64,000 nt of DNA from Azolla caroliniana (lineage: Eukaryota > Plantae > Polypodiophyta), in the NCBI GenBank assembly GCA_043228905.1, contig JBHGNT010000004.1:21142001-21206000 (forward strand). Reading direction: 5' to 3'. Position numbers and translations under genes: made by a program. Under the pieces are notes generated by a model. That model saw only the letters and a list, made by a program, of their open reading frames with translations. It made no database searches and was not told where the DNA came from. Shown one piece after another: positions 23,575-37,707 of the stretch (the first letter of the stretch is position 1; each line of letters opens with the position of its first letter).

Positions 23575-24947
23575 TCCGCCCCCACCTAACCGCGCATCCA
23601 CCAGTATGCGCCAAAAGTGGAGAAAACCGGTCCTTGCTTTACTCCTCGTCTTCTAGATCGTCATCCGCCTCGGACCGCCCGTCGTCGCCGTCCATGCTTT
23701 CCAGATCCGGCTCGCACTCGTGTCGTTTCTTAAACTCTTTGACCCTCTTCCCTGCTACCGGTATTGTCATCCTTGTACCAACGAGCTCCGAGGGATGGTA
23801 GGTCTCGTTGTCGTTGGCACCTATCACCACGTAAGGCCCGAACCACCTCCTTGCAAACTTCCGTGTTGCCCTGTGTTGGTTGTCGAGGTTGCTCTCATAC
23901 ACTAGGACCCAGTTTCCTTCCTCGATTTTCTTCGGTCGCAGTCGGTGACTCCAGTCAAACCACCCTTTGTTCTTCAACCTTGCCAACCAAAGCTTCTCAG
24001 CGGCTCATTCCACATTCTCCGGCCTTCGCTCGAGCTGTCGAATCCGTGCCGCTAGCAGCTCCTCCCGGCTCATCTCATCTCTCCAGTCCACCGTGGCCTC
24101 TGTCCGTACATAGGCTCTGCCGGCATGAACCTGGTTACCGAACTGTGCGTAGTTCGGTCCACCCACAAGGCATAAGGTAGCAGTCGCGGCTAGTTCCCAA
24201 CTTGGCCTTCACACGCCCGTACTAGCGCTTTGACCATCGGCCCGTGTCCGCGCTCCACCTTCCCGTTAGCCTCTGGATTGCACGTTGTGGTGAGCGAGAA
24301 TTTGACCCCTAGTCGGTCAAACAACTCTTCAGCCTCTTGCACGTCCAACTCTCCACGGTCAGCCACGATCTTTCCTACGCTCCCGTACCGACATATCACG
24401 TCCTCGATCAGAAACCGGCACACAACCGTAGTCGTTTTGTTCTGCAGCGCTCGGCCTTTAACCTGGTTCGTCAGATCCTCCTGAGCCAGCACCAGATACC
24501 GCATCTGTCCTACCCCCATCGGCATCGTCACCAAATCCACCATCCATTTGAAGTGGACGGTCGGAGGGTAGGTCGGGTGAAGCTCGTTCCAGTGTCAGAT
24601 TATGGAGTGCATCTGACCGCTTTCGCAAGTCGTCACAAACCGATGCACATCCCGGTATAGTCCTGGCCACCAGTACTTCCCCTTTAGCTTCTAGAACATG
24701 GCCCACGTTCCGCGGTGTCCGGCCCAGGGACTCTTGTGGTAAGCCTCCAACAACTCCTCCTGTTCTTCTTTCCCAGCCACCACTCGGAGCAGGATGTCGT
24801 CCCTCTTCTTCGGGTGCTTCCATATGTACCCATCCCGAAGGAAGAATCAGTACGCTTTCTTCCGGATCCGGTTGGTCTCTTCCTTTGTTCACGCCGCGTC
24901 CGGTGTCATTGTTTTCAGGAGCCCACTGATCTGGAGCCACTCCCCAT

Positions 24948-27900
24948 TGTTGGGATTACGGTCCCTCCGGATGGGATGGTCGGATGTCCGGGAATCGGGA
25001 ATGAAGACCCGAATGAGGAGTACCCGGTATCGGAGCCGGATGATGAAGACCCCGGCTACGGAGCCGGATGACGAATGTACCCGGAGAGAGAGATCCGGAT
25101 GCGGGGACATATTTGTGAATATGTTTGCCAAGGGCCCTTGAGGCTTTATTTGTAAATAGCCCGAAAGTCATATGTGTATAAATATGACTTAGGGCAAACA
25201 GTTTTGTTGTTGTTACTCATTTTTTCTGGTTTTCCACTTAGAGAGAGCTAAGTGAGCAGCCGAGAGAGAGAGAGAGGGAGTGAGAGAGAGAGAGACGAAG
25301 AGGTCGTTGCCTCTGTGTATTACCGCCGCCTGTGGCGAAGACAGTGAGCTCAAGGTTGTTGCCTTGTAGCTTCACCATTGTACATCTCTGTTTATAGTGA
25401 TAGTTGGAGTTTGAGGACTCCCGTGGTTTTTCCCATTTAGGGTTTTCCACGTAAAACATCCTGTGTACTCTTCTCTCTATTGTCTTCGTGCATTTTGTAT
25501 TTCCTGTTTTCTGTGAGTTGATCCTATTCCTCGGTGGTGGCCGAGCACTGTGTTCAACAAAGTGGTATCAGAGCGACGGTAACACAGAAAATGGAAGGCG
25601 GCGGTAGTGGGCCTCCGGGCATGATGGTGTTGAACTCACAAAACTACGCCGACTGGAAGATAAAGATGGAAGACCTTCTCATCGTCCGAGACCTGTATGA
25701 ACCGATCGACAATGCCGAGATACCCAAGGGGGTAATAGAGTCGGAGTGGAAGCTCCTGAACCGGAAAGCCGTAGCGACGATCCGGCAATATGTCGATGTA
25801 AGTGTTCTGCAGCATGTGGCGAACGATACGAACGCCTATGAGATGTGGCAGAAGCTGTCCGGACTGTATGACAGGAAGAATGCTCTGACCCGGACCTCCC
25901 TGATGAGGAAGATAGTGAATCTTAAGTACCGGGACGGCGAGAGCATGGTCGAACACGTCAGCACGTTCATGGGATTCGTGAACCAACTTGCGGCGATCAA
26001 GTTCCCGTTGGATGACGCAATGCAAGCCATCATGCTGATGTGTACCCTTCCGGAGAGCTGGGAGAACTTGGTAGTTACTCTCAGCACCTCCTGTAAGGAA
26101 GAGAACTTGTCTTTACTAACGGTAAAGACAAGTATTCTAAATGAAGAAGCGCGTCGGAGAGACAAAGAACCGGCCTCCGACTCGAAGGCGCTGCTTACCG
26201 AATCGGAACGGGGAAGACAACGGAACCGGAGTCCGCAAAGACGGGAGAAGTCGGGGACACGGTCACAGTCGAGGGGAAGACCTACATGCTTCTACTGTGG
26301 GAAGCCGGGGCACTTCCAGAAGAACTGTCGGCATTTCCGGAAAGACAACGGAACCGACGGTACCGATTCGAAGAAGTCACTGGAGCGAAACGGTGCATAC
26401 CGGGGAGCCACGGACCGGAATGGTTCGGATCGGCGAGGGCAGGACCGGAAAGGAACGACGGCACTCGCGGCAAGTGAAGAGGAGATCATGCTCATCACCG
26501 AAGAAGGTGAACTAAACATTGCCGGCGATGAGACTACCTGGGTGGTCGATTCCGGAGCGTCGTTCCACCTGACCCCGGAAAGAAGATACTTCTCATCCTA
26601 CACAGCCGGTGAGCATGGCTGTGTTCGGATGGGAAATGAAGGTACGTGCCAGATTGCCGGCATAGGAGACGTGTGGTTGACAACCTCGACCGGATGCAAA
26701 ATGTTGCTGAAGGATGTCCGACACGTTCCGGAGGTTCGATTGAACCTGATTTCGGCCGGGAGGCTAGACGATGAAGGCTACACAGGTAGCATCCGGAACG
26801 ACGTAATGAAGTTCAGCAAGGGGAGCCTGATAGTGGCTCGGGCCCGGAAAGTCAACACACTGTACCTTATGAATGCCTGGTTGTGTCCGGAGGAGTTGAA
26901 CGTGGCAGCCGACACTGCCGGTGAGCTGTGGCACAAGAGACTGTGCCACATGAGTGAGAAGGGGATGAAGAGGCTTGCAGAAGACAACCTTATTCCAGTG
27001 AAGCATGTGCACCTGGAGAAGTGCACTGATTGCCTGGCCGGTAAGCAGAACCGAACCTCCTTCCACTCAAGGCCACCGACGAGACGTAGCGCACCATTGG
27101 AGTTGGTGCACACTGACGTGTGTCAAGTAGAAACGAAGTCACATGGCGGAGCCCAGTACTTCGTGACATTCATTGATGACCACAGCCGGAAGCTGTGGAC
27201 GGCACCGTTGAAGACAAAGGACCAAGTGTTGTGCGTCTTCAAAGAACTCCACGTGAGAGTGGAAAGGGAATCCGGCAAGAAGCTGAAAGCGATACGAGCG
27301 GATAACGGAGGGGAATACCGGGGGCAGTTCGAGGAGTACTGTCGCTCGAAGGGAATCCGGCTCGAGTTTACTGTGCCGAAGACGCCGGAACTGAACGGGC
27401 TGGCCGAGAGGATGAACCGGACCATAATGGAGAGGGTCCGGAGTATGCTGGCGCATGCGAAATTACCCAAGGGGTTTTGGGCTGAGGCAATGTCGACGGC
27501 GACATACGTGATAAACAGATCACCCTCAGTACCTTTGGACGGAGACACGCCGCAGAGAGTGTGGACCGGTAGGGAAGTATCCTACCGGCATCTGAAGGTG
27601 TTCGGGTGTCTCGTATATGTGCATGTGGCAAAGGACCGGAGAGGAAAGCTAGATCCAAAGACCCGACCATGCATATTCCTCGGTTACGGCGATGACGAGT
27701 TCGGTTACCGAGTATGGGACCCGGTCGACAAAAAGATATTCCGGAGTCGTGATATCATCTTCATGGAGGACAAGACACTCGCCGACTGGGAGTCGGAGAA
27801 GAAGATGAAGAGCTCCAAGTCGACCGGTGAGGATCAACTCTACGAGGAGCAGTCCCGACGGACAAGGGACCGGTTAGCACTCGAGGATCCGGCCGAAGAC

Positions 27901-30286
27901 GTTGAAGAAACAGAACCGGCCGAGGAAGATGAAACTGATACCGGAACCGGCCCCGATCCCGAAATGGATTCGGATGAAGAGGAAACGGAGGAACCGGTTA
28001 CCGAAGCTCCGGAACGGAGATATCCTCTAAGAGAGAGAAGGGCCCCCCGGAGATTTCCGGAACCAGAGCACGTGCTGCTAACCGACGAGGGGGAGCCAGA
28101 GAGTTTTGAAGAAGCAAAGCTTGACACCCATAGCCGCAGGTGGTTAAGTGCCATGCAGGAGGAGATGGATTCCCTGCATGAGAACCACACATATGAACTT
28201 GTGGAGTTGCCGAAAGGAAAGCGGGCACTTCGAAACAAGTGGGTGTTCAAGCTGAAACCGGGAGATGCCGGAAACCCCCCGAGATACAAAGCCAGGATCG
28301 TGGTGAAGGGGTTCCAGCAGAAGAAGGGCATCGACTTCGACGAGATATTTGCCCCGGTAGTGAAGATGACCTCCATCCGGACGGTGCTGAGCATAGCGGC
28401 AAGCATGGACCTCGAGGTAGAACAGATGGACGCGAAGACGGCATTCCTTCACGTTGACCTCGAAGAAGAGATCTACATGCAGCAACCGGAAGGATTCGAG
28501 AAGAAAGGGAAGGAGCACCTGGTATGCCGGTTGAAGAAGAGCCTTTACGGACTGAAGCAGGCTCCCCGGCAATGGTACCGGAAGTTCGACTCTTTCATGA
28601 CCGACGAAGGGTACCACAAAACGCAGTCCGATCACTGCGTGTTTGTGAAGAAGTTCGAAGGAGGAGACTTCCTAATACTCCTCATGTACGTGGACGACAT
28701 GTTGATCGTCGGACGGGACCAGGGCAAGATACGGATGCTGAAGAAAGCGCTTCACCGAACCTTCTCAATGAAGGACCTGGGTCCGGCGAGGCAAATACTA
28801 GGGATGCACATCATCCGGGACCGGAAGAAGAAGCAGTTGTGGCTGTCACAGGAGAAGTACGTGACAAAGGTGCTTCATCGGTTCAACATGTCGGAAGCAA
28901 GACCGGTCGGGTCAACCCTCCCGGCAAACTGCAAGCTGTCCAACAAGCAAAGCCCCAAGACAAAGGCTGAGAAGGAGGACATGATGAAAGTACCATATGC
29001 CTCTGCCGTCGGAAGCTTGATGTACGCAATGGTGTGTACAAGACCGGACATAGGGTATACAGTCGGAGTGGTGAGCCGGTACATGAGCAATCCCGGCAAA
29101 GAGCACTGGAACGCGGTCAAGTGGATACTCCGATACCTGAAGGGCACGGCAAACGTGTGCCTCCGATTCGGCTCCGGTAAGCCCGAACTCGACGGCTTTA
29201 CCGATTCGGATATGTCGTCTGATGCAGATACCAGCCGGTCCACATCAGGGTATGTGATGACGTATGCAGGGGGAGCTGTTTCGTGGCAGTCGAGGCTGCA
29301 GAAGACGGTTGCATTGTCAACCACGGAGGCGGAGTACATGGCGGCTGTTGAAGCCGGCAAGGAAATGATATGGATGAAGGACTTCATTAGAGAGCTCGGT
29401 ATCCGGCAGGAGGAGTACCGACTCTACTGCGACAGTTAGAGTGCCATCCACCTTGCGAAGAATGCGGCCTATCACTCCCGGACGAAGCACATCCAGCGAA
29501 GATATCACTGGATCCGGGAAAGGATAGAAGACCAGGAGTTCGTGCTGACGAAGATCCACACGGACGAGAACGGGTCAGACATGCTGACCAAAGTGCTCAC
29601 ACCCGACAAGCTGGAAGCGTGCCGGAAGAGGGTCGGACTGGAAAGACATCCCATGCCGAAGTGAAGGGGGAGTTTGTTGGGATTACGGTCCCTCCGGATG
29701 GGATGGTCGGATGTCCGGGAATCGGGAATGAAGACCCGAATGAGGAGTACCCGGTATCGGAGCCGGATGATGAAGACCCCGGCTACGGAGCCGGATGACG
29801 AATGTACCCGGAGAGAGAGATCCGGATGCGGGGACATATTTGTGAATATGTTTGCCAAGGGCCCTTGAGGCTTTATTTGTAAATAGCCCGAAAGTCATAT
29901 GTGTATAAATATGACTTAGGGCAAACAGTTTTGTTGTTGTTACTCATTTTTTCTGGTTTTCCACTTAGAGAGAGCTAAGTGAGCAGCCGAGAGAGAGAGA
30001 GAGGGAGTGAGAGAGAGAGAGACGAAGAGGTCGTTGCCTCTGTGTATTACCGCCGCCTGTGGCGAAGACAGTGAGCTCAAGGTTGTTGCCTTGTAGCTTC
30101 ACCATTGTACATCTCTGTTTATAGTGATAGTTGGAGTTTGAGGACTCCCGTGGTTTTTCCCATTTAGGGTTTTCCACGTAAAACATCCTGTGTACTCTTC
30201 TCTCTATTGTCTTCGTGCATTTTGTATTTCCTGTTTTCTGTGAGTTGATCCTATTCCTCGGTGGTGGCCGAGCACTGTGTTCAACA
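24948..30286 (+). mobile_element. Ty1/copia element 'E', very recent
   Basis: 612-bp LTRs 24948-25559 and 29675-30286, no differences seen by eye; 5-bp TSD CCCAT; PBS TGGTATCAGAGC (tRNA-iMet) 25563-25574; PPT. Confidence 0.98.
25591..29664 (+). pseudogene. copia E gag-pol polyprotein with one premature stop in RNase H
   Basis: ATG 25591; CCHC, DSGAS, INT, YVDD; TAG at 29437-29439 (CAG in element I); normal stop at 29662-29664. Confidence 0.93.
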
Positions 30287-33200
30287 CCCATCATACTTGC
30301 TCTCGTCGAATTCGTTAAGCACCGGAGTGCTCCCCTTTATGGTTTTCACATATGCCGCCTCGAAGAAATCTACGCCGACTTCCTCGTCCTTTGAAACCAT
30401 GTCGTCCTCGTTTTCGAACCTCGCCCTTGAGAGCATGTCGGCCATGGCATTGTCTTTTCCGGAAATGTGTCGTATCTTCGGATTCAGGAACTTGATGTAC
30501 GCTATCCACCTGAGCATTGCCAGGTCCGGCGTCGCGCATCCGGAAACCATGCCGAGAATTGGCAGGCAGTCTGTCTCGATTATTACCTCTGTCCCGATCA
30601 GGTAGTCTTTATCGGCTTTCACCGCCAAAATGATACCCCAAAGTTCGCGTTTAACCTGGGCGTATCCTCATTGTCGCTCACCGAGGACCTTCGCGCCGAA
30701 CCAGATGGGGAACCTCGTGCCAACGTCATCCTCTTGGTTGATCACCCACCCGATCCCGGTCGGAGTCGGGGTCGTGTCCACCGTTACCGTAAACCGCTTT
30801 ACAGAGAGTCGGCGCTACCGTAAGTGCCTCCCTTAGTCTCCGTACCGACTCCGTGTGCTCCGTTCTCCACTCAAAGCTATGCCCCTTTTTCAATAGTCCG
30901 TAGAGGGGTTCCGTGACATGTGCGTAGTGCGGGATCCAGATGTGGTAGAACACGCATGCTCCCAAGAATCTGCGGACCTCCGTGACCGGCCCGCAATCGT
31001 CCCTCATTGCGGAGATGGCCTCTACCTTTGCCGGAGACGGTTTCCTACCGTAGGGCCCGCACAGGTGTCCGACCACCAAGATCTCCGACTGCCCGAACAC
31101 CGATTTTTCTCTGGAGAAGGTGAGTTGTGCGTTTTCGAGCCTCTGCAACACCTTCTCGCAGTCGTTGATGTGTTTCACGACGAACCTCTGGCATCCATCT
31201 GGCCCGACAGTTTTGTTTGCATCATGCATCGGACACCCCTTTATCGGGATGTCGTCCAAGAATGGCATGGTGATGTCCGGGATGCATTCCCTCAGCACCT
31301 TGTTCATTGCGTTCACCATATGCGCCACCGAATTCATCCTGCCTTGTGGTAGGGTACACATCCGTACTAGGCCGAGAGGGGTTCGTATCGTCGTGATATC
31401 CCTGCTCTCCACGGCTAGCTGGAATTGGTCGTACCCCGAGAATAAGTCACTGACCGAATAGATCGACCTTCCAGCTAAGGCCTCCGCGAATTCGTCTATG
31501 GTCGGTCCGATTCCTGCATTACGGATGGTCACCTTGTTGACCAGTTGCAGGTCCTGAATGAAGCGCAGCGTGCTGTTCTTCTTCGGCACCGTAAACCACC
31601 GATTCGAATACGGGGCGCTCGACAGTTCGAGGATGCCCATCTCCACCTTTTGCTTCAGAAGCTCCATCAACTTCGGGATGTGAGCTCTCAGCACCGGAAT
31701 CGGTTCGACGATCGCCGAGTCCACACACCCGATCTCCCCCGGCGCGAACGCGAAGGCTTTCCCATGCCTTCCGAGCATTCTCCGAAACTTGTTCTCCTCT
31801 GCCGGCAGTAGAAAGCCACCCCCACCGACCTTGAGCTCCCGTAGCGTCATGTCGGTGAACCGGTGCCCTATGCCAGCCGGATTCCGTAAACTTGGGTCCG
31901 ACACGACCCCTTTTATCCGTAACTCGCTGCCCTCCGGCAAGGGTGCCGCTACTGGCCTCACCTTCCGGTCCACAGTCTTGTACTTCGTGTCCACCCGGGC
32001 CATCCGATCCGACTCGAGCCCGTTACAGAAGTCGATGATGACTTCGTACATCCCTTCCGAACATACCGGAATCATCCGGTCCTCTTTAAGGCCTCCTCTG
32101 GCCACCTCTCGTAACTGTCCCAAGGTGTCGTCGAAAGAGACTGCCTCCACGGCTCCGTTGATTTCCTCTCCAGGGCCGAGGACTCCGCATGCCCGAAATC
32201 GCTCCTCCGCCCTCTTCTTCTCCCGGTCAACGACGCCGAGAATCGTACAACCCCCGTTGTCGGAGAACCAAAATTTCCTACCGATGGTACAGGTCTTCTT
32301 CCCCACTGTACATTTGTGGGGTTTTTCCAAGGTGTCCGGACTATTGCGGCCCCACGCCTTGATAGCCCTCTCTAAAAATCCCCTCGGGTTTTGCCGCTGA
32401 GGGTCTCGCGGTTACGCTCATGGTTTGGTCGCACCGTCAAGAACTGGACTGAGTGACGCTCGTCCTGGCTCTTGACTCTTGCATAGGCCGAACCGTTGAC
32501 CAACACCTTGGTCTCCATCCGTGCCGTCGTGATGTATGGTTCTCCTAGTATAATCGGATGTGAGGACGTCTCCTGCACGAAGAAGTGATGGATACGTTCC
32601 TCCAGGACCTTTCGCAGGTCCACGGTCCTTTCGATTTCCGTGCTCAACCGGTACCCGACCTTCTTGGCTTTATCCGGTGCGCCGGTCGTACCGGCCTCAT
32701 TTTGCCTTTGACCGAATTGGGTCTCGTACCGTTGCAAGGGCCCGGCCCCTCCGGTTTTACCTACTCGCTTGTCTTCCACCAGAGCCTCGTAGTTCTGGCA
32801 TGCGGCTTCAACGAAGCCCGTCTTCTCTTCGACCAGGTCACTCCACCCGGTTACCTCTCGGACCCGTTTTTCCACGTGGTCCGCTTCTTCTTTCCTTAGT
32901 CATGCACCAGCGAGGCCTTCCAGCATCATCGGCCAGAATCCGGCTTCGTTCATCTTCCGGGCCTCACCACCTCCCACCCGGATCCCAGCCGATGTCGAGT
33001 AGTGGACGATCGTCGCGTGACGAGTCGCCACTTCTTCCATCAGCCGTTTCATACCCCCTCATCCGACATTCAGGTCCAGGGCCCTTCGGGTCTCGCTAGC
33101 GTGCACCCAACCGTTCCATAGGTACACCACGTTGGCTCTCATTGCCTCGGCGAAGTCCATGCAGTCCTTCCGGACGTGGCCGACCGCGTCGCACCACAAA

Positions 33201-35379
33201 CACCGGTTTCTTGCCAGAGGCCTTCAGTCACGGGCTTGTTCGCCGTCGTCCCTCCGTGCCTGTGCAATCTGGAGGTCCTTTACCATCCTAGTCAGCTCCT
33301 CTAGAGTTGCTCCTCTGGACGAGCCTTTGACCATGCTGGTCAAAGTCGATACGGTCTCAAGCCAGTCTCGGATCTCTTCCCTTCGCGCTGGCGGGGTTGG
33401 CTCGAGTTTCCTTGCTGCTACAGAGCCCGCCCCTGTGGATCCTTTATCGACCCACTCTCGCCGTTTGTCGAAACGGCCACACACTCTCTTCACCATGGCC
33501 TAGTCGGTCGTCAGCCCGTCATCAGTCTCCAGTAGGAGACCCACTTGCTCCCGGTCCCTCGCATCCACCGACTTAACGAACAGCAGGACGCGACTTGTGT
33601 CTAGTACGGTCCGGTCGAGCGCCGAAAGACGCGCAAAGCGTTCTTCAAACTCCCGGAGGAGCACTGACGCGTTTCTCCCCTTTTCGGGGGTGTCTACCCA
33701 TTCCATGAAGTCCCGTCTCGAGAGCCAAAGCGCGTCATCAAGCCCATATTTTTCGAGGAGCCGACCTTCAAACTCTTCCTAGGTCCGGCTCTCAGCCCGT
33801 ACCTCGAGCACCCGTTCCCTCGCGAGCGCTCACTAGCCGATCGACGGCTACGACCATAGCTTCAGCAAGCTCGGATCCCCTCATCCTTCACTCCTTTGCC
33901 GCCTGTTTCATGTTGGGTTCACCAAATATGTCGTGTTGTTACGTTCTTCGTGTTCGGAAAGAGGCGGGACCGTGGGGGCCTTGAACCAAGGGGCGTGAGA
34001 AAGAGGGGGGAGAGAGAGAGAGAGGAGCTTGCAGAAACACAGAGGAGGAAAGAGACGGAGAACAAAGTCTTAATTACAATCGATAATGATTACAACCGGC
34101 AAGCCGACGATGGACACACACGTACACACGATGCTCACGCATGCACTCAACCCAACTGCACAGTGGAGCCTCTACCGGAAGCACATGGACTGTCCACGAA
34201 GCAAAGGCAACACAGTCCGAAATCCTGCAGAGAAAGTCGAACAATGGAGGAGAGAGCTTGGGTCCGGTCCGACAGCCCTTCTCCTCGCTCCCAGAAACGC
34301 GATACTTTTTACCTCACTTCTCCCTCTCTTTTATAACCCAAGGAGGGTGGATGTTACCTCTCGTTACATCATGTTTATTCCTTGTCCTTTCGGACAGGGA
34401 TATGCCTCGATTTCCTCCCTACCGAATGTGCACTACCTAGGATTTCGCCTCAGGCGACTTATACCTACCTACATAATATACAACAAAACTTTTGCCCACG
34501 TGTAAGGGCCGGTTTTCGCATGTTATACCCGGTTTCTGCCTAGGGACGGTTTTCTCCACGACAGCGTGTGTATTTGGACGAGCGCGCGGATGTGTACATG
34601 GCGTGGTCGGGACGTGCGCATGCATGGATGCGTACACGGCACGGTCGGGACGTGCGCATGCGTGGATGCATACACTGCGCAGTCGGGACTTTTGCGCGCG
34701 GACGCGTCTACGGTTTGGTTGCAACGCACGTACGGATTGCGCATGGGCTAAACTTTATGGATGATTGGGTCATTTGGCCAAATTATACGGACGGCCACAT
34801 GCAACTAAAAGCCAAGGCCGTATAACTAAAAGTAAAAGGCATGCAACTAAAAATAGAGGCCATGCAACTAAAAGTGGACATGCAAAGTAACATTGGGAAG
34901 GAGGATCAACAAAGAGTTGAATATATGTTCCATTTTTTTCCCTCTTCCTTCTTCTTCTTCTCTCTCCCATTTCCTTGGAGAACAAATTATCTCGCAGATT
35001 GATATCAAACTCTTGGCTTGGCTTGCTCAATCTTTCTTGTCAAAATTTATCTCTCATATTCATATTGGACCACTCCTTGCATGGTTGTTGGCTTCTTTCT
35101 TTAAAAAAAATTCTCTCATTTTCATCTCCAACACATTGTAACAAGATTCTTGAATTATAAAAGAATCTATTTCTTATGCTATAAACAAACGTTTTCTCTC
35201 ATTTACTCGTCTTATATGTGAAATTTGCTTGTGTTGTACGTGTTGCACTATTAAATCCTTCTAGTCCAGAACCCCGGCGGTTCCGCCTCGCGATCCGCAC
35301 ATAGTAACGGATTTTCACGACATAATTAAGTGGTGAACCCGACGTTAAAGAGGCGGTAGGGAGGATATCAAGTGCAACG

Positions 35380-37069
35380 ATGGCTTCTACAAGCGGAACT
35401 CAAGGAGAGGAATTAACGAAAGGCATGGTGTCTGTAGTGGAATACATGTTGAAGGTGAGAGATCGAGAATCTTTAATCGACAAAGTTGTTGATCGTACGG
35501 TCGAGATAACGGGACGATTTGGTGGCAAGAACATCACGGATTTTCTTGCTACCTATCGAAACGAGATGCAACAAAGGGATGTCAATGATCTCAAACAAAT
35601 TTCTAGCTTCAAACGTGTGGTGGAACCAGGGATTTGCGAGCGCGTCATGGAGATCCAAAACGAGCATGCAACTTGGGCGGAGTTCGAAAAGGCGCTTCTC
35701 GCTGAATACATGCTTGAAGATGCATCACGGATGACTCAACATACGCTAATGTCTTGGATTGAGAAGAAAGGGAAGAATATGTGTGCGTCTAGAGTTTATG
35801 CCGAATTCGACCAGAAGTATAACCGACTTCCGAGTGTTGTTGGGTAACTTTTTGGAGGATGAAACACAACCAAATGGCTTGGGAGCGGACTGGGCGGCGG
35901 TGAAGAAGGCTTGTAGCCGTCTTGATAAGTGTCGACAATGGCAAGAGGAAACTAATATGGAGAATCCACAATCGTGGAGGAAGGCACCTGTGACGATCGA
36001 GTCTAACAAGCCGATCGAATCTATAATTGAAGAGCTCTCCAAGAATTTTGAAGCGGTATTGCAGGCCAACTTAGGTCGATGTGGGCCGAAGGGAAAAGAA
36101 GCGTATAGATGTGTGTGGTGCGACAGCTTCGAGCACTCGCAAATGGAGTGCACTAACTTGCAAGACGCAATTCGCAAGAATGTTGTCTATTTGGATGGCA
36201 ACATGATCCACTCGAGCGAGACCCAAAAGCCACTATGAGTGAACTTCTGAAGAGGAGGGCTGAAAAAGATCGTGGAAGAGGAAGATGCAAGGCATGTGGA
36301 AGCCATGCACTATGCTGCATTGGCGGGAATACGAATCGGAAGAGAGAATCTAAAGACGATCAAGCCGGGAGTTGGGTTTTCGCCAACGATATTCGAGTGC
36401 GAAAAGAAAGGAAAAATAGATTTGGAGGATCTAAAACATGTTGATCGGAATGTGCGACGAGTTACCGGATGGTCGGATCCAGTTGATGATAACACGAGCT
36501 TTGCGGAGGTTGTGTGTGACAACTATGAAGCTCTTGTTGAAGAGAAGAGGAAAAGAACAGGTGAAGAAGATGGTACATCAAAGCGTCACAATACGAGGAA
36601 TGTAGGGAAAGAAGGACAAGCCCAACCTACGCCACGAAAAGAGATAGGAGAAACAAGCATGAAGCCCGGTGGATTGAGCCAACCTTCTTGGATGGAAGTC
36701 GGTGAATCTGTGAAGAAAGGAAAAGAACGAGCGGCGCCGACTTACAAACTAAGGTCGGACATAGAACAAACAACCGACTTGCGGAAGGTCCTTGAGGAGA
36801 AGGTTTTAGACAGTCATGTCGACCTTACTTTGAGAGAGCTACTTGGGATTGCTAAAAAGGAGTTCTATGATACTATCGTGGACTTGATTAAGCGGAAGTG
36901 GCAACAATCGGATGAAGAGGAGGTGAAAACAAGTGCCATAACCATGGCAAGATCGGAAGAGGAGGAGGAAGAAGAAGTGATGGCGGATAGCCATTACTCT
37001 CGGCCTCATTGGGCAAGAGCGACAACGGAGACGCCGGTGAAGATCGGAGAGAAGAAAGAGACCGTGGTA
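35380..37069 (+). pseudogene. F gag up to the protease N-terminus
   Basis: ORFs 35380..35847, 35759..36238 (CVWCDSFEHSQMEC), 36272..37153 (SHYSRPHWARATTET); joins LTR sequence just before the catalytic Asp. Confidence 0.85.
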
Positions 37070-37707
37070 GCGTACACGGCGCGATCGGGACTTTTGTGCG
37101 CGGACGCGTCTACGGTTTGGTTGCGATGCACGTACGGATTGCGCACGGGCTAAACTTTATAGATGATTGGGTCATTTGGCCAAATTATGCGGACGGTCGC
37201 ATGCAACTAAAAGTAAAAGGCATGCAACTAAAAATAGAGGTCATGCAACTAAAAGTGGACTTGCAAAGTAACATTGGGAAGGAGGATCAACAAAGAGCTG
37301 AATATATGTTCCATTTTTTTCCCTCTTCCTTCTTCTTCTTCTCTCTCCCATTTCCTTGGAGAACAATTTATCTCTCAGATTGATATCAAACTCTTGGCTT
37401 GGCTTGCTCAATCTTTCTTATCAAAAATTATCTCTCATATTCATATTGGACCACTCCTTACATGGTTGTTGGCTCCTTTCTTTAAAAAAAATTATCTCTC
37501 ATTTTCATCTCCAACCCATTGTAACAAGATTCTTGAATTATAAAAGAATCTATTTTCTTATGCTATAAACAAACGTTTTCTCTCATTTACTCGTCTTATA
37601 TGTGAATTTTGCTTGTGTTGTACGTGTTGCACTAAATCCTTCTAGTCCAGAACCCTGGCAGTTCCGCCTTGCGATCCGCACATAGTAACGGATTTTCGTG
37701 ACAACGA

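Larger units (their letters stand above)
23639..33900 (-). pseudogene. gypsy C gag-pro-pol, interrupted by copia E
   Basis: INT 23639-24947; RT/RH 30292-32381; gag/pro ~32372-33900, with deletions near 32590 (protease active site) and ~33810. Confidence 0.88.
11944..34563 (-). mobile_element. gypsy element 'B' (composite with C), defective
   Basis: Homologous LTRs 33929-34563 and 11944-12503+17648-17735; TSD GCGT at 11940-11943/34564-34567; degenerate Trp PBS ~33907-33924; PPT at 17736-17752. Confidence 0.92.
11258..37703 (+). mobile_element. gypsy element 'F': long LTR, pol deleted, hosts B/C/D/E
   Basis: 5' LTR 11258-11943 + 34568-35322; PBS TGGTGAACCCGACGT 35331-35345; gag from 35380; truncated 3' LTR ~37070-37703 repeats ~34670-35322; near-TSD ACGG/ACGA. 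Confidence 0.8.
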
